The translations under genes were made by a program, and so were the position numbers. This document shows, piece after piece, positions 46,231-57,530 of a DNA stretch of 64,000 nt. The notes under the pieces were generated by a model. It ran no database searches, had not been told where the DNA came from, and worked only from the letters and a program-made list of their open reading frames with translations. Origin of the DNA: Polyangiaceae bacterium (GTDB taxonomy: Bacteria; Myxococcota_A; Polyangia; Polyangiales; Polyangiaceae); contig JBGANF010000015.1 of assembly GCA_044222475.1 (NCBI GenBank), forward strand, positions 1 to 64,000, given 5' to 3'. Numbering within the stretch: position 1 is the stretch's first letter; each line of letters starts with the position of its first letter.

Positions 46231-47802
46231 TCAGGCACTGCGTCGGGCGTCGGCCTCTCCGGTCGGCGCCCTTCGCATTTTGTGGCGCAGGGCCAGGCCC
46301 AAGGCCGCGATCGCCGCGAGCGCGATCACCGGGACGTCGCCGAACCGCCCGTAGAGGGTCGGGTCGGTCTCGAGCAGCGCGGGCGTCGCGACGAGGGAGC
46401 CCGCGAGCTCCGCCGGCCAGCGCGCGCGCACGCGACCGGCGGCGTCGACCCAGGTCGTCGGTCCGCGGTTCACCGCGCGGACCATGTCGCGCCGGTGCTC
46501 GACGGAGCGGAGCACCGCGAGGCGCAGGTGGAGCTCGCTCTCCTCGCTTCCGAAGAACCACGCGTCGTTCGTGACGTTGACGAAGAGGTTGGGGCGTAGG
46601 GCGGCGGCTTCGCGACCCGCCTCGGGGAGGTTGTCCTCGAAGCAGATGAGGACCGTCGCGCGGATGCCGCCGACCTCGAAGAGACGCTGGCTGCTGCCGG
46701 GGAGGAGGAAGCCGGACTGGGCGAAGGTCTTTCGAAGGACCGGGAAGGTCTCCGAGAAGGGCACCTCCTCACCGAACGCGAGGAGGTGGAGCTTGTGGTA
46801 CGGCGGCGAGATGCGGCCGTCGCTCGCGAGGACCGCCGAGTTGTACGACCCACCGCCGCGCCCGCGCGTCATGACGCCGGTGAGCACCGGACCGTGGACG
46901 CCGGGCTGGAGGATCGCGTAGCTCCCCATGAGGTCGGCCGTGCCAGCGGTCTGCTCGCTCATCGCGTAGGGGAACGCGCCTTCGGGCCAGACGACGAGAT
47001 CGGGCGTCGGCTTCTTCGCTTCCGCGGTGCGGGTCAGTCGGCCGAGGTTGTCGACGATCTGCTCGGCACGGTTGGGGTCCCAACGCTCCTTCGCCTCGGT
47101 CGACGGCTGGACGAGCGCGACCTGCGCGCGCTTCGCGGCGGCGATCTGCGCGTCGGCCCTGGCCATGCGGAGCGCGCCGTGCGCGGCGGTGAGCAGCGGC
47201 AGCAGGATCGCGGCACCGGCGAGGGCGCCGGCCGTCCTCCGTTCGCCGCGTCTAAGGAACGCCTCCGCGAGGAGCGCCGAGGAGATCGCCATCAAGAAAG
47301 TCACGCCGCGCTCGCCGACGACGTCGGCGAGCTGGATCATCACCGGCCACGGCGTGACGCCGCCGGCGGCGCTCCAAGGGAAGACGACGGGCACGAACGT
47401 GGACGCGTAGATCCCGATCGCGAACGCGAGCCACCGGGGGACGCGCGCGCGCTCGAGCCAACCCTGGAGGACCGCGCCGACCGCGAAGCGCCACCCCTGG
47501 AAGAACCCGAGGAGGACGAGAGCGAGAAGGCCGGCGGCCCAGGGCAGGGGAGTGAAGTTGGCGATGACCGCGGGGACGAACCGCAGAGCGACGATGTTGG
47601 CGCCCGCGCCGAAGAGGATTCCGCGGAGCGCGCCACGGAGCCAACGGCGCTTCTTGTCCCAACTTGGGATCTCTTCGTGGAGCGAAACGGCGTACCCGGC
47701 GGCACCGATCCAGAGGGCGGGGTAGACGTTCGTGGGAGGCGCGGCGAGGGCGAAGAAGGCGCCGGATGCGAATGCGAGAAGCAGTCTTTGGCGAGGGGTC
47801 AC
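46231..47802 (-). CDS. lnt: apolipoprotein N-acyltransferase
   Basis: VVWPEGA, YHKLHLLAFGE, LICFED, NVTNDAWF, RAVNRG. Confidence 0.93.
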   Translation of the reverse strand: MTPRQRLLLAFASGAFFALAAPPTNVYPALWIGAAGYAVSLHEEIPSWDKKRRWLRGALRGILFGAGANIVALRFVPAVIANFTPLPWAAGLLALVLLGFFQGWRFAVGAVLQGWLERARVPRWLAFAIGIYASTFVPVVFPWSAAGGVTPWPVMIQLADVVGERGVTFLMAISSALLAEAFLRRGERRTAGALAGAAILLPLLTAAHGALRMARADAQIAAAKRAQVALVQPSTEAKERWDPNRAEQIVDNLGRLTRTAEAKKPTPDLVVWPEGAFPYAMSEQTAGTADLMGSYAILQPGVHGPVLTGVMTRGRGGGSYNSAVLASDGRISPPYHKLHLLAFGEEVPFSETFPVLRKTFAQSGFLLPGSSQRLFEVGGIRATVLICFEDNLPEAGREAAALRPNLFVNVTNDAWFFGSEESELHLRLAVLRSVEHRRDMVRAVNRGPTTWVDAAGRVRARWPAELAGSLVATPALLETDPTLYGRFGDVPVIALAAIAALGLALRHKMRRAPTGEADARRSA

Positions 47803-47830
47803 GTGAAGTAGCCGGTGATCAAACTAGCAG

Positions 47831-48429
47831 AGACTTCGGAGTGTGCTTCGCGCGGAAGTGAGGCCAAGACTTCGGGCGGTGCTTCACCTCGGGAGTCAGG
47901 GCGAAACTGGGAAGGTGCTTCGCATCGGGGTCAGGGTGAAACAGGAAGGGTGCTTCGCATCAGGAGTGAGTTGCGAGACGCTGGCGTAGTTCACTCTGGT
48001 AAGGGGGATTGCATCCCCCTCGGCGCTTCGCGCCTCACCCCTAGCGGGATCGGGACCGCGTTCGCGGCCCCGACCCAAGACGCCCCGCGGAGCGGGGCCC
48101 CCCACGGGCGGGGCTCCCACGGGTGGGTCTCGGGGACTGCTAGGGTGCCCACGTACCAGGTTGGGACGAGACTGGGAGGGTGCTCTGCATCTGGGGTGAG
48201 TTGCGAGACGCTGGCGTAGTTCACCCTGGTAAGGGGGATTGCACCCCTGCGGGTATCACGAAGCGCGCCATCCCCCTCGGCGCTTCGCGCCTCACCCCTA
48301 GCGGGCTCGGGACCGCGTTCGCGGCCCCGACCCAAGACGCCCCACGTTGTGGGGCCCCCCACTGGCGTGGCTCCCACGGGGTGGGTCTCGGGGACTGCTA
48401 GGATCGCGACGTACCAGGTTGGGACGAGA
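47831..48429 (+). repeat. structured repeat element, locus B left arm (four 35-37-bp units + two direct copies of a ~230-bp anchor/body unit)
   Basis: Units start at 47831, 47867, 47904 and 47939; gagttgcgagacgctggcgtagttcac occurs at 47968 and 48198; copy 2 has a 27-nt insertion in the GGGGGAT..ATCCCCC hairpin. Confidence 0.9.
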
Positions 48430-48437
48430 ATGCGGTT

Positions 48438-48914
48438 TCAGCCCAGCCAGCGTCGGAGCTCTTTGGGCTCGAGTGAAGCTCGCTTTGCTGCCGCGGCGAG
48501 TGCGAGTCGCGACAGCTTTCCACCCGGCGGGCGGGCGATCGCCGCGAGCTCCGTTTGCCAGTGCAGCGCCGCATCGTCCCCTGCATGTGCGCTGACGAAA
48601 GCCTCGGTCAACGCGGCATCGACGTTGCGGCGCGTGCCGAGCCAGCGTTTCGCCCGAAGCAGCGCACCGAGCTCGACATGAAACCAATGCATCCCGACCA
48701 TCCAGGCCTCCGGAGCCGACTTGCCGTCAGCTGCTCGAAGGAGCGCGAGGCGCCTCTCGACCTCATCGTCCCCGAGTGCGTCGAGCTCCCGTAGCGAGCC
48801 AGGAAACGTCTCGGAAAGTGCCCGAAGCCGCGCGATGGGAGGATCAACGCTCCGGGCCCGCCGAAGCGCCAGGATCTCTGCGTACTTCGCGAGCAGCCTA
48901 GCAGTGATCGTCAT
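48438..48914 (-). CDS. hypothetical protein (158 aa) enclosed by inverted repeats
   Basis: MTITARLLAKYAEILALRR...FPGSLRELD...IARPPGGKL; the longer track ORF runs into the repeat. Confidence 0.7.
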   Translation of the reverse strand: MTITARLLAKYAEILALRRARSVDPPIARLRALSETFPGSLRELDALGDDEVERRLALLRAADGKSAPEAWMVGMHWFHVELGALLRAKRWLGTRRNVDAALTEAFVSAHAGDDAALHWQTELAAIARPPGGKLSRLALAAAAKRASLEPKELRRWLG

Positions 48915-48958
48915 CTCTTCCCGAGTGTACCCATGCGGCGCCAAGTCGCCACCCCCGC

Positions 48959-49308
48959 AGTCTCGTCCCAACCTGGTACGTGGGCACCCTAGCAGTCCCC
49001 GAGACCCGCCCCGTGGGAGCCACGCCAGTGGGGGGCCCCACAACGTGGGGCGTCTTGGGTCGGGGCCGCGAACGCGGTCCCGATCCCGCTGGGGGTGAGG
49101 CGCGAAGCGCCGAGGAGGATGCCATCCCCCTTACTAGAGTGAACTACGCCCGCGTCTCGCAACTCACTCCCGATGCGCAGCACCTCCCGAAGTCTTGGTC
49201 TCACTCCCGATGCGCAGCACCTCGCGAAGTCTTGGCCTCACTCCGAATGCGCAGCATCTCCCGACGTCGCGGTCTCACTATCGCGCAGCCACGCCCGAAG
49301 TCCTGTCC
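48959..49308 (-). repeat. structured repeat element, locus B right arm (inverted body copy + four tandem units)
   Basis: 48959-49185 is the near reverse complement of 47950-48173; units at 49164, 49201 and 49238 (37 bp each) plus a degenerate unit at 49275. Confidence 0.9.
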
Positions 49309-49326
49309 CCGTGGTAACCTTCCTTC

Positions 49327-50388
49327 ATGACGGACGGAAAGCGCGAAGTCGACGAGGCTCGCCAAGAGCTCCTCAAGATCGACGGCCAACTGCTCGCCGC
49401 GCTCGAGAAGCGCGCGAAGGTGTCGCGTCGCATCGGCGACCTCCGTGAAGGCAAGCCGCAGCTCCCGTTGACCGAGCGCGCGCAGATCGCCGCGCTCGTC
49501 GCCCGCGCGAGCGGCGACATGCCGGTCGAGGACCTCCGCGTCATCTTCGGTCGCATCTACGCGAGCTGCCTCGCGCTCGAGCTCCCGTTGGTCGTGTCGT
49601 ACGTCGGCCCCGCCGGCGGTCCGGCCTACGAAGCCGCGCGGTCGCGCTTCGGCGCGGGCGGCGAGCTCGTCCCGTCGGAGGGTGTCGGCGGCGCACTCTC
49701 GGAGGTCGCGAAGGGGAGGGCGGAGTTCGGCGTGATCCCGATCGAGACGCTCTCCGAAGGGCTCGTCCAGCCCTCCCTCGAAGCGCTCCTCGCGACCGAG
49801 CTTCGCATCGTCTATGTCGTCGAGGTCGCGAGCGACATCTCGCTCGTGACGAAGACCGGCAACGAAGCCGACGTCGAGAAGATCTACGCGACCGCCCAGG
49901 ATCACGCCCGAGCGGCGCAGTACCTCACCGGCAAGAAGATCACCGTCGTGGACGTGAAGACGCCCTCCATCGCGTGCGACTTCGCCGCAGAGGACCACGG
50001 CGCCGGCGCGCTCGTCTGCGAGACCTACGGCGTCGAGCGCGGGCTCCTCGTCGCGCGTCGATCCGTGAGCGACGGCGGTCCCGAGCGGATCCGATTCGCG
50101 ATCGTCGGCCAGCGCCCGAGCGGCCGCACCGGCGACGACTGCACCGCGTGCGTCTTCAGCGTGAACGACGCGCCGGGCGCCCTCCTCGGCGTCCTCAAGG
50201 TCTTCGCCGACCGCGGGATCAACCTGAAGAAGATCCAGTCGCGCCCGACCCCCTCCGAGGAGTGGGACTACCTCTTCTTCCTCGAGCTGAGCGGCCACCC
50301 CACCGATCGCGCGCTCGTCAGCGCGTTCGAAGAGGTGCGCCAGCGGACGCGCTTCTTCAAGGTGCTCGGCTCGTACCCCACCACGTGA
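49327..50388 (+). CDS. pheA: chorismate mutase / prephenate dehydratase (P-protein)
   Basis: N-terminal CM (RQELLKIDGQLLAALEKRAK), GVIPIE, RFAIVG, ACT domain PGALL...INLKKIQSRP...YLFFLE...KVLGSYP. Confidence 0.9.
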   Translation: MTDGKREVDEARQELLKIDGQLLAALEKRAKVSRRIGDLREGKPQLPLTERAQIAALVARASGDMPVEDLRVIFGRIYASCLALELPLVVSYVGPAGGPAYEAARSRFGAGGELVPSEGVGGALSEVAKGRAEFGVIPIETLSEGLVQPSLEALLATELRIVYVVEVASDISLVTKTGNEADVEKIYATAQDHARAAQYLTGKKITVVDVKTPSIACDFAAEDHGAGALVCETYGVERGLLVARRSVSDGGPERIRFAIVGQRPSGRTGDDCTACVFSVNDAPGALLGVLKVFADRGINLKKIQSRPTPSEEWDYLFFLELSGHPTDRALVSAFEEVRQRTRFFKVLGSYPTT

Positions 50389-50437
50389 ACGAGACGTCTC
50401 GCGCTTCCGCGGCCGGCGCGGTACGCTCTCCCGAGCC

Positions 50438-51418
50438 ATGAGTCTCAGGTTCCTCCTCGCCGCGCTGTTGGTTCTACTGGTGGGGGCGTGCGGTGGAGGC
50501 GGCGCGACGCCGAAGGGGCCCGACGTCCCGACGGTCCCCGAGCTCACCTCCGAGGTCATCGAAGGCGACCCGTGGATCCTCTTCCCGAGCGGCGCGCTCA
50601 TCGTCGCGACGTTCGACGCCAAGGCGTTCTACGGCCAGAAGACCTTCGGCCCGCAGGTCGCGCAGCTCGTCGAGCAGTACGCGCCGATCGGCGCGGAAGC
50701 CGGCTTCTCTGCGGCGCGCGATCTCGATCGCGTCGACGTCGGCAGCTACTCGCTCGCCGGGTACGACGTGCTCGCCGTCTTGATCGGACGCTTCGACCTC
50801 CAGAAGATCCAAGAGCTCGCGAAGAACAAGACCGCGACGAAGGGCGGCGGCGGGCCGATCGTCGAGTCGACCTACGCCGGCCGCACGCTCTACACCGTGA
50901 GCAACGTCGGCTTCACCGTGCTCACGCCCAAGGTCGTGATCGCCGGGACCGAGACGGCGATTCGGCGCGCCCTCGATCGCATCAAGGACGGTCGCGCGAA
51001 GCGCGACGTGTTCCCGTGGATGCTCGACACGATGGCGACGCCCGGCGTCGCGTTGGCCGCCGCCGGAGACTTCAAGAACCAGCCGCTCGGCGCGATGGCC
51101 GTTCAGGGCTTCCGCGTCCCCGCGACCGACGGGCTCACCGCGTTCCGCGCGCTCGGGACGTTCCAGGAGCCAGGCCTCCAGATCGCCGGCGCGCTCACCT
51201 ACGACAACGACGCCCACGCTCAAGCCGGGCAGGCCGGCTTCAAGCAGCTCGTCGCCATGTACAACGGCTACGCGACCGTCTCGGGCGCGCTTCCGCCCGT
51301 TCGCGACGTCACCGCCACGATCGAAAAGACCGACGTCCAAGTGAAGTTCGCGGTGGACGATCAATCGCTTCGTACCTTCTTGGGAAAAGTGCCCCAGCTG
51401 TTCCCCCCACCGCGATGA
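50438..51418 (+). CDS. hypothetical lipoprotein
   Basis: LLVGAC lipobox; globular body. Confidence 0.75.
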   Translation: MSLRFLLAALLVLLVGACGGGGATPKGPDVPTVPELTSEVIEGDPWILFPSGALIVATFDAKAFYGQKTFGPQVAQLVEQYAPIGAEAGFSAARDLDRVDVGSYSLAGYDVLAVLIGRFDLQKIQELAKNKTATKGGGGPIVESTYAGRTLYTVSNVGFTVLTPKVVIAGTETAIRRALDRIKDGRAKRDVFPWMLDTMATPGVALAAAGDFKNQPLGAMAVQGFRVPATDGLTAFRALGTFQEPGLQIAGALTYDNDAHAQAGQAGFKQLVAMYNGYATVSGALPPVRDVTATIEKTDVQVKFAVDDQSLRTFLGKVPQLFPPPR

Positions 51419-51428
51419 TGACCCGTCC

Positions 51429-52499
51429 ATGATCTACGGCTTCGAAGAGATCGGACCGGACCTCGCCCGGCCGCCGATGGCGGCGCGGCGCGCGCTCCTC
51501 TGCGCGGGCGTGTCGGTCCCCCTCGAGACGTGGCAATCGCTCCCGATCGAGATCCGCCGCGCGCTCGTCGACGAAGGAACGCGGCCGGCGGTCAGCGAGA
51601 TCAACGTCAAGAACTCCGTGTCGCCGGTGCTCAAGCGCATCCGGTTCATGGGTCCGGTCAAAGACCCCCCGCTCGACGCGATCCCGCCGTCCGTCTTCGA
51701 ATCCCTCCGCAGCTTCCGGCCCATCACCGTCGAGGAGTGGCGTCGCCTCACGCCGCTCGACCGCTACATCCTCGTCGCGCTCTCGGGCAACAGCCGCCTC
51801 CTCTACCGCGCGATGGAAGAGGTCGGCACCGGCATCCTGTCGTCGGTCAAGCTGCGGCCCTGGATCGGTCCGCTGGCGCGAGCGACGGTGCAGGCGCAAG
51901 TGCCGGCCCTCGCCGAGCTCTCGGCCGGTCACTTGATGGACGGCAAGGCCCTGGTGCTCAGCCGCGCCGCCGGCGTTCGTGCCGCCCGCCGCGCGCACGA
52001 GATCCTCGACGGCTACGGCGAGAAGTACGCCGGCCCGGTCGAGCTCGACTCGCGCATCGACCTCGGCGAGGGACACGTCGTTCTCCAAGCGCACGTCAGC
52101 ACCGTCGACGGCGAGTTCTTCGGCGCCGCCTCCGTGCTCGCGGTCGCGGCCGCTGCCGCCGCGATGCGAGACGCGTTGTCGGTTCGAGACGCGCGCGCCA
52201 CCATCGAACAGGTCGGGCTCCGCGAGGAAGCGTGGAGCGTCGGGATCAGCGCGTTCGGCGAGGAAGCGACCGCGGTCGTCAGCGCCAAGGCCGTCCACGG
52301 CGCGCGCGCTCTGGCCGCCGCCGCCGCCGAGGCTCCTCCATCCAGTCCCGCGAGCGTACCGACCGCGCCACCCTCCACCCCCGGCGCGGCGGCGGCGCCG
52401 CCTCCGGCCACCGGCTTCCCGGGTTGGATCGTGGCAGTGATGGCGATCACGACGCTCCTCTCGCTCGCCGCTGCTGCCGCGACGCTGCTCCGGCGATGA
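51429..52499 (+). CDS. fusion of a nitrate-reductase-associated-like domain, a degenerate MoaC-like domain and a C-terminal TM
   Basis: FEE...PMAARRAL..AGV....W..L..E.R..LV and EWRRLTPLDRYIL; G.ALVLSRAAGVRAARRAHEIL...VVLQAHVST...SVLAVAAAAAAMRD; terminal hydrophobic helix. Confidence 0.6.
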   Translation: MIYGFEEIGPDLARPPMAARRALLCAGVSVPLETWQSLPIEIRRALVDEGTRPAVSEINVKNSVSPVLKRIRFMGPVKDPPLDAIPPSVFESLRSFRPITVEEWRRLTPLDRYILVALSGNSRLLYRAMEEVGTGILSSVKLRPWIGPLARATVQAQVPALAELSAGHLMDGKALVLSRAAGVRAARRAHEILDGYGEKYAGPVELDSRIDLGEGHVVLQAHVSTVDGEFFGAASVLAVAAAAAAMRDALSVRDARATIEQVGLREEAWSVGISAFGEEATAVVSAKAVHGARALAAAAAEAPPSSPASVPTAPPSTPGAAAAPPPATGFPGWIVAVMAITTLLSLAAAAATLLRR

Positions 52500-53890
52500 C
52501 CGAGCTCGTCGTCCACTCACAGACCGCTCCGCTCACCGGGAGCGTTCGGCTCCCCTCCGACAAGAGCATCGGACATCGCGCGCTGGTCTTCGGCGCGCTC
52601 GCTCACGGGACGACCCGCCTTCGACGCGTCGTCCTCGGCGGCGACCATCGCTCGACGATGGGGGCGCTCCGCGCGATGGGCGTCGCCTTCGACGAGGAAG
52701 GCGAGGGCCAAGATCGGAGCTTGAGCATCCGCGGCGTCGGGCTCTTCGGTCTCCGTCCTCCGTCCGCCCCGCTCGACTGCGGGAACTCCGGAACGACGAT
52801 GCGCCTCCTCACCGGGCTCCTCGCAGGTCAGGAGTTCGCGAGCGAGCTCGTCGGCGACGCGTCGTTGAGCCGCCGCCCGATGATGCGCGTCGCCTCACCC
52901 CTGCGCGCACGCGGCGCGCGCATCGAAGGCACCGAGGACGAACGAACGTTCCGCGACGCGTTCGGCGAGCGTCAAGACATTCGTCCGCCGCTCCGCATCG
53001 CCGGCATGCGCGAGGGCGAGGCCCTGGGCGCGCTCGAGTACGAGCTTCCGGTCGCGAGCGCGCAAGTGAAGAGCGCGCTGCTCCTCTCCGGTCTCTACGC
53101 GCACGGCATCACCGCCCTCCGCGAGCCGCTCGTCACGCGCGATCACACGGAGCGATTTCTCCTCCACCTCGGCGTGCCGCTCGCGACGGAGGGCTCGGTC
53201 GTCGCGCTCGATCCCGCGGGCTGGAACGGCCAGATGAAGGCGTTCGACATGGAGATCCCCGGCGACCTGTCCGCAGCGTCGTTCATCCTCGCCGCCGCGC
53301 TGCTCGTCGAAGGCTCGCGCGTCACGGCGCGGAGCGTCGGGACGAACCGAACGCGCGCGGGAGTCCTCGATCTGCTCCGCGACATGGGCGGTGCGGTCGT
53401 CGTGGAGCCGCGCGGAGACGAAGCCGGGGAACCGGTCGCCGACGTGCACGCCAGCGGCTCGTCGCTGCGCGCGGTGCGCGCCGCCGGCGAGCTCGTGAGC
53501 CGCGCGATCGACGAGATCCCCATCGTGGCCGCGCTCGCCGCCTGCGCCCGAGGCGAAACGAAGATCACCGACGCCGCCGAGCTCCGGGTCAAGGAGAGCG
53601 ACCGCATCGCGAGCACGCTCGCGATGCTGCGGGCGTTCGGGGTCGACGCCGAGGAGTCGGGGGACGGGATGGTCGTCCGAGGTGGCGCCCCCCTTCGACC
53701 CGCCGAGGTGGACTCCCGCGGCGACCACCGCATCGCGATGGCTGCGGCGGTCCTGGGGCTCGCCGTGCCGCCGGGGTCCTCGGGCCCGGCGACGACCGTC
53801 GTTCGCGACGTCGACTGCATCGCCACGAGCTTCCCCCGCTTCGTGGGGACGCTGCGTGCGCTCGGCGCGACCATCGACGTGCGCGGCTGA
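52496..53890 (+). CDS. aroA: 3-phosphoshikimate 1-carboxyvinyltransferase (EPSP synthase)
   Basis: PSDKSIGHR, DCGNSGTTMRL, SAQVKSA, RDHTE, ELRVKESDR, DHRIAM. Confidence 0.95.
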   Translation: MTELVVHSQTAPLTGSVRLPSDKSIGHRALVFGALAHGTTRLRRVVLGGDHRSTMGALRAMGVAFDEEGEGQDRSLSIRGVGLFGLRPPSAPLDCGNSGTTMRLLTGLLAGQEFASELVGDASLSRRPMMRVASPLRARGARIEGTEDERTFRDAFGERQDIRPPLRIAGMREGEALGALEYELPVASAQVKSALLLSGLYAHGITALREPLVTRDHTERFLLHLGVPLATEGSVVALDPAGWNGQMKAFDMEIPGDLSAASFILAAALLVEGSRVTARSVGTNRTRAGVLDLLRDMGGAVVVEPRGDEAGEPVADVHASGSSLRAVRAAGELVSRAIDEIPIVAALAACARGETKITDAAELRVKESDRIASTLAMLRAFGVDAEESGDGMVVRGGAPLRPAEVDSRGDHRIAMAAAVLGLAVPPGSSGPATTVVRDVDCIATSFPRFVGTLRALGATIDVRG

Positions 53891-53910
53891 GCCTGCTAAG
53901 AAGCCCGGTC

Positions 53911-54600
53911 ATGCGCGCGAGACCCATCGTCGCCATCGACGGTCCCGCGGGAGCGGGGAAGAGCACCGTCGCGCGTCGGCTGGCGGAAGCGCTCGGCTTC
54001 ACGTTGGTCGACACCGGCGCGCTCTATCGAAGCGTCGCTCTCGCGGCGAGCCGCGCGAAGATCGACGTCACGGAGCACCAGAAGATCGCCGAGCTCGCGA
54101 TGAACCTCGCGCGCGACGCCGCGATTCGATTCGTCCGCGACGAGCGCGGCCTCCGCATCCATCTCTCCGGTGAGGACGTCTCCGAGGCGATCCGCACGCC
54201 CGACATCGCGATGAACGCGTCGACCGTGTCGGCGATCCCTGCCGTGCGCGACGCGCTGCTCGAGCTCCAGCGCCAGGCCGGCCGCGAAGGGGGCGTCGTC
54301 CTCGAAGGTCGCGACATCGGCACCGTCGTGTTCCCCGATGCCGAGGTGAAGTTCTTCCTCACCGCCGACGACGCGGTCCGCGCGCGCCGTCGCTACGACG
54401 AGCTCGTAGCGAAGGGGCAGGGCGGCACCTACGAAGCAACCCTCGAGGACGTGCGCCGGCGCGACAAGCAGGACACGATGCGTCCGGTCGCGCCCCTCAA
54501 GCGCGCTGACGACGCGATCCTCGTCGACTCGTCGAACCTCGACATCGACGCCGTCGTTCGGTCGATGGTCGAGAGCGTCGAGCGCGCGCGTGGGCGGTAG
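53911..54600 (+). CDS. cmk: cytidylate kinase
   Basis: IDGPAGAGKST, DTGALYR, EGRDIGTVVFPDA. Confidence 0.95.
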   Translation: MRARPIVAIDGPAGAGKSTVARRLAEALGFTLVDTGALYRSVALAASRAKIDVTEHQKIAELAMNLARDAAIRFVRDERGLRIHLSGEDVSEAIRTPDIAMNASTVSAIPAVRDALLELQRQAGREGGVVLEGRDIGTVVFPDAEVKFFLTADDAVRARRRYDELVAKGQGGTYEATLEDVRRRDKQDTMRPVAPLKRADDAILVDSSNLDIDAVVRSMVESVERARGR

Positions 54601-55492
54601 CGGTCTGCGGGCCGCCGGCTCCGCCGCGCTGCTCGCGGCCGTCGCCTGCACACCACCACCGGCGCTCCCGACGAAGACGCAAGCCGCGACCGATGCGTGG
54701 TTCGACCGGGCGCTCGATCACTCCGCCGACACGATCGCACGCGTCGATCTCGCCGCCACCATGGATCGCGGTGCGCTGCGCGGCGCCATCATCGACGTCC
54801 TCCTCGCCGTGTTCGATCGCGCCCTCGGAGGCGGACCCGATCTGCACCGCGCGGTCGAGGCCGCGTCGGAGATGACGATCGCTGCTGCGCCCGCCGGTGA
54901 CCCGTTGGTGATCCTCCGCGACGTCCCGCTCGCGCTCGATCCGCGTTCGCTTCCCGCGGCCGACGGCGGTCGTCAGTTCACGCTCGCGAACGTCGGAGAG
55001 TATGTAGAGTACAACTACTCTCCGTTGGCCGGCTCGCTCTTCGTGCTCCGCGACGGCACGTGGATCGTGGGCGCCGGGCACGCGTCGCAGAATGTGAAGA
55101 ACGCGTTCGCCGCGGCGCCCGGCGCGCCGGTGATGCCGAAGCGGACACCGTCGCCGGCGGTCGTCACGCTCTGGATGCCGGCGGCCGCACTCCGCGCCGT
55201 CGCCACCCGTGAGCGCCTGAAGCTGCTCGCGCCGGTCTTCCTCCGGGCGACCTCGCTCGACGGTACGCTGACCACCGCGGACGTGGCCGAGGCCCACCTC
55301 CACTACTCGACGGCCGAGGACTGCCTCGAGGCCCACGCGACCCTCGTCGACGTGGTCCGAGCCTTCCGTAACAAAAACGACTCTAATTCCGCGTGGATAG
55401 GTACGGCGACCCTCGCCCACGACGCGCTGACGGTGACCGCCACGGTGACCATCCCCCCGGACGCCTTCCGCGCGTTCGTGGACGCCCACTGA
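54590..55492 (+). CDS. hypothetical lipoprotein
   Basis: LLAAVAC lipobox; fills the cmk-rpsA gap. Confidence 0.7.
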   Translation: MGGSGLRAAGSAALLAAVACTPPPALPTKTQAATDAWFDRALDHSADTIARVDLAATMDRGALRGAIIDVLLAVFDRALGGGPDLHRAVEAASEMTIAAAPAGDPLVILRDVPLALDPRSLPAADGGRQFTLANVGEYVEYNYSPLAGSLFVLRDGTWIVGAGHASQNVKNAFAAAPGAPVMPKRTPSPAVVTLWMPAAALRAVATRERLKLLAPVFLRATSLDGTLTTADVAEAHLHYSTAEDCLEAHATLVDVVRAFRNKNDSNSAWIGTATLAHDALTVTATVTIPPDAFRAFVDAH

Positions 55493-55544
55493 AGAACCGT
55501 TAGCCGGCTTGCGCTTTCGCGTGGGGAGACACCGGCCGGCCCCT

Positions 55545-55573
55545 TTGACAGGCCGCGCGCCATGCCGTAGATC
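55545..55573 (+). promoter_or_regulatory. sigma70-type promoter of rpsA
   Basis: TTGACA, 17 nt, TAGATC. Confidence 0.6.
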
Positions 55574-55657
55574 CCGCGGTCCCCTGAAACCCTCAGCCCG
55601 GCCTCGACTCTTCGAGTCGCGTGCCGGCAAACGTCCCGAAAGTGAATCCATCTGCAC

Positions 55658-57448
<1,791 letters not shown>

Positions 57449-57468
57449 TCGCCTTCGCTCTAGGAGAA

Positions 57469-57511
57469 GACGGCGGCCGGTGCGCACTGCGCATCGGCCG
57501 TTCGTCATTTT
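57469..57511 (+). terminator. intrinsic terminator after rpsA
   Basis: GACGGCGGCCGGTGCGCA-C-TGCGCATCGGCCGTTCGTC followed by ATTTT. Confidence 0.65.
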
Positions 57512-57530
57512 CCTGCTATGAATCCGCGCG

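Noticed and set aside
47815..48401. Small ORFs within the repeat arms
   Set aside because: They are translations of the repeat, and indels between copies and loci do not preserve one consistent frame.
47950..48429. tRNA, rRNA, group II intron or other known ncRNA
   Set aside because: No cloverleaf or T-loop, no rRNA signature and no intron domain V motif were recognised. An Rfam search was not possible, so this is not fully excluded.
49164..49308. 37-bp tandem units as a CRISPR or TIGR-like guide array
   Set aside because: The units are head-to-tail degenerate copies with no unique spacers, and no cas or Nop-domain gene is recognisable in the window.
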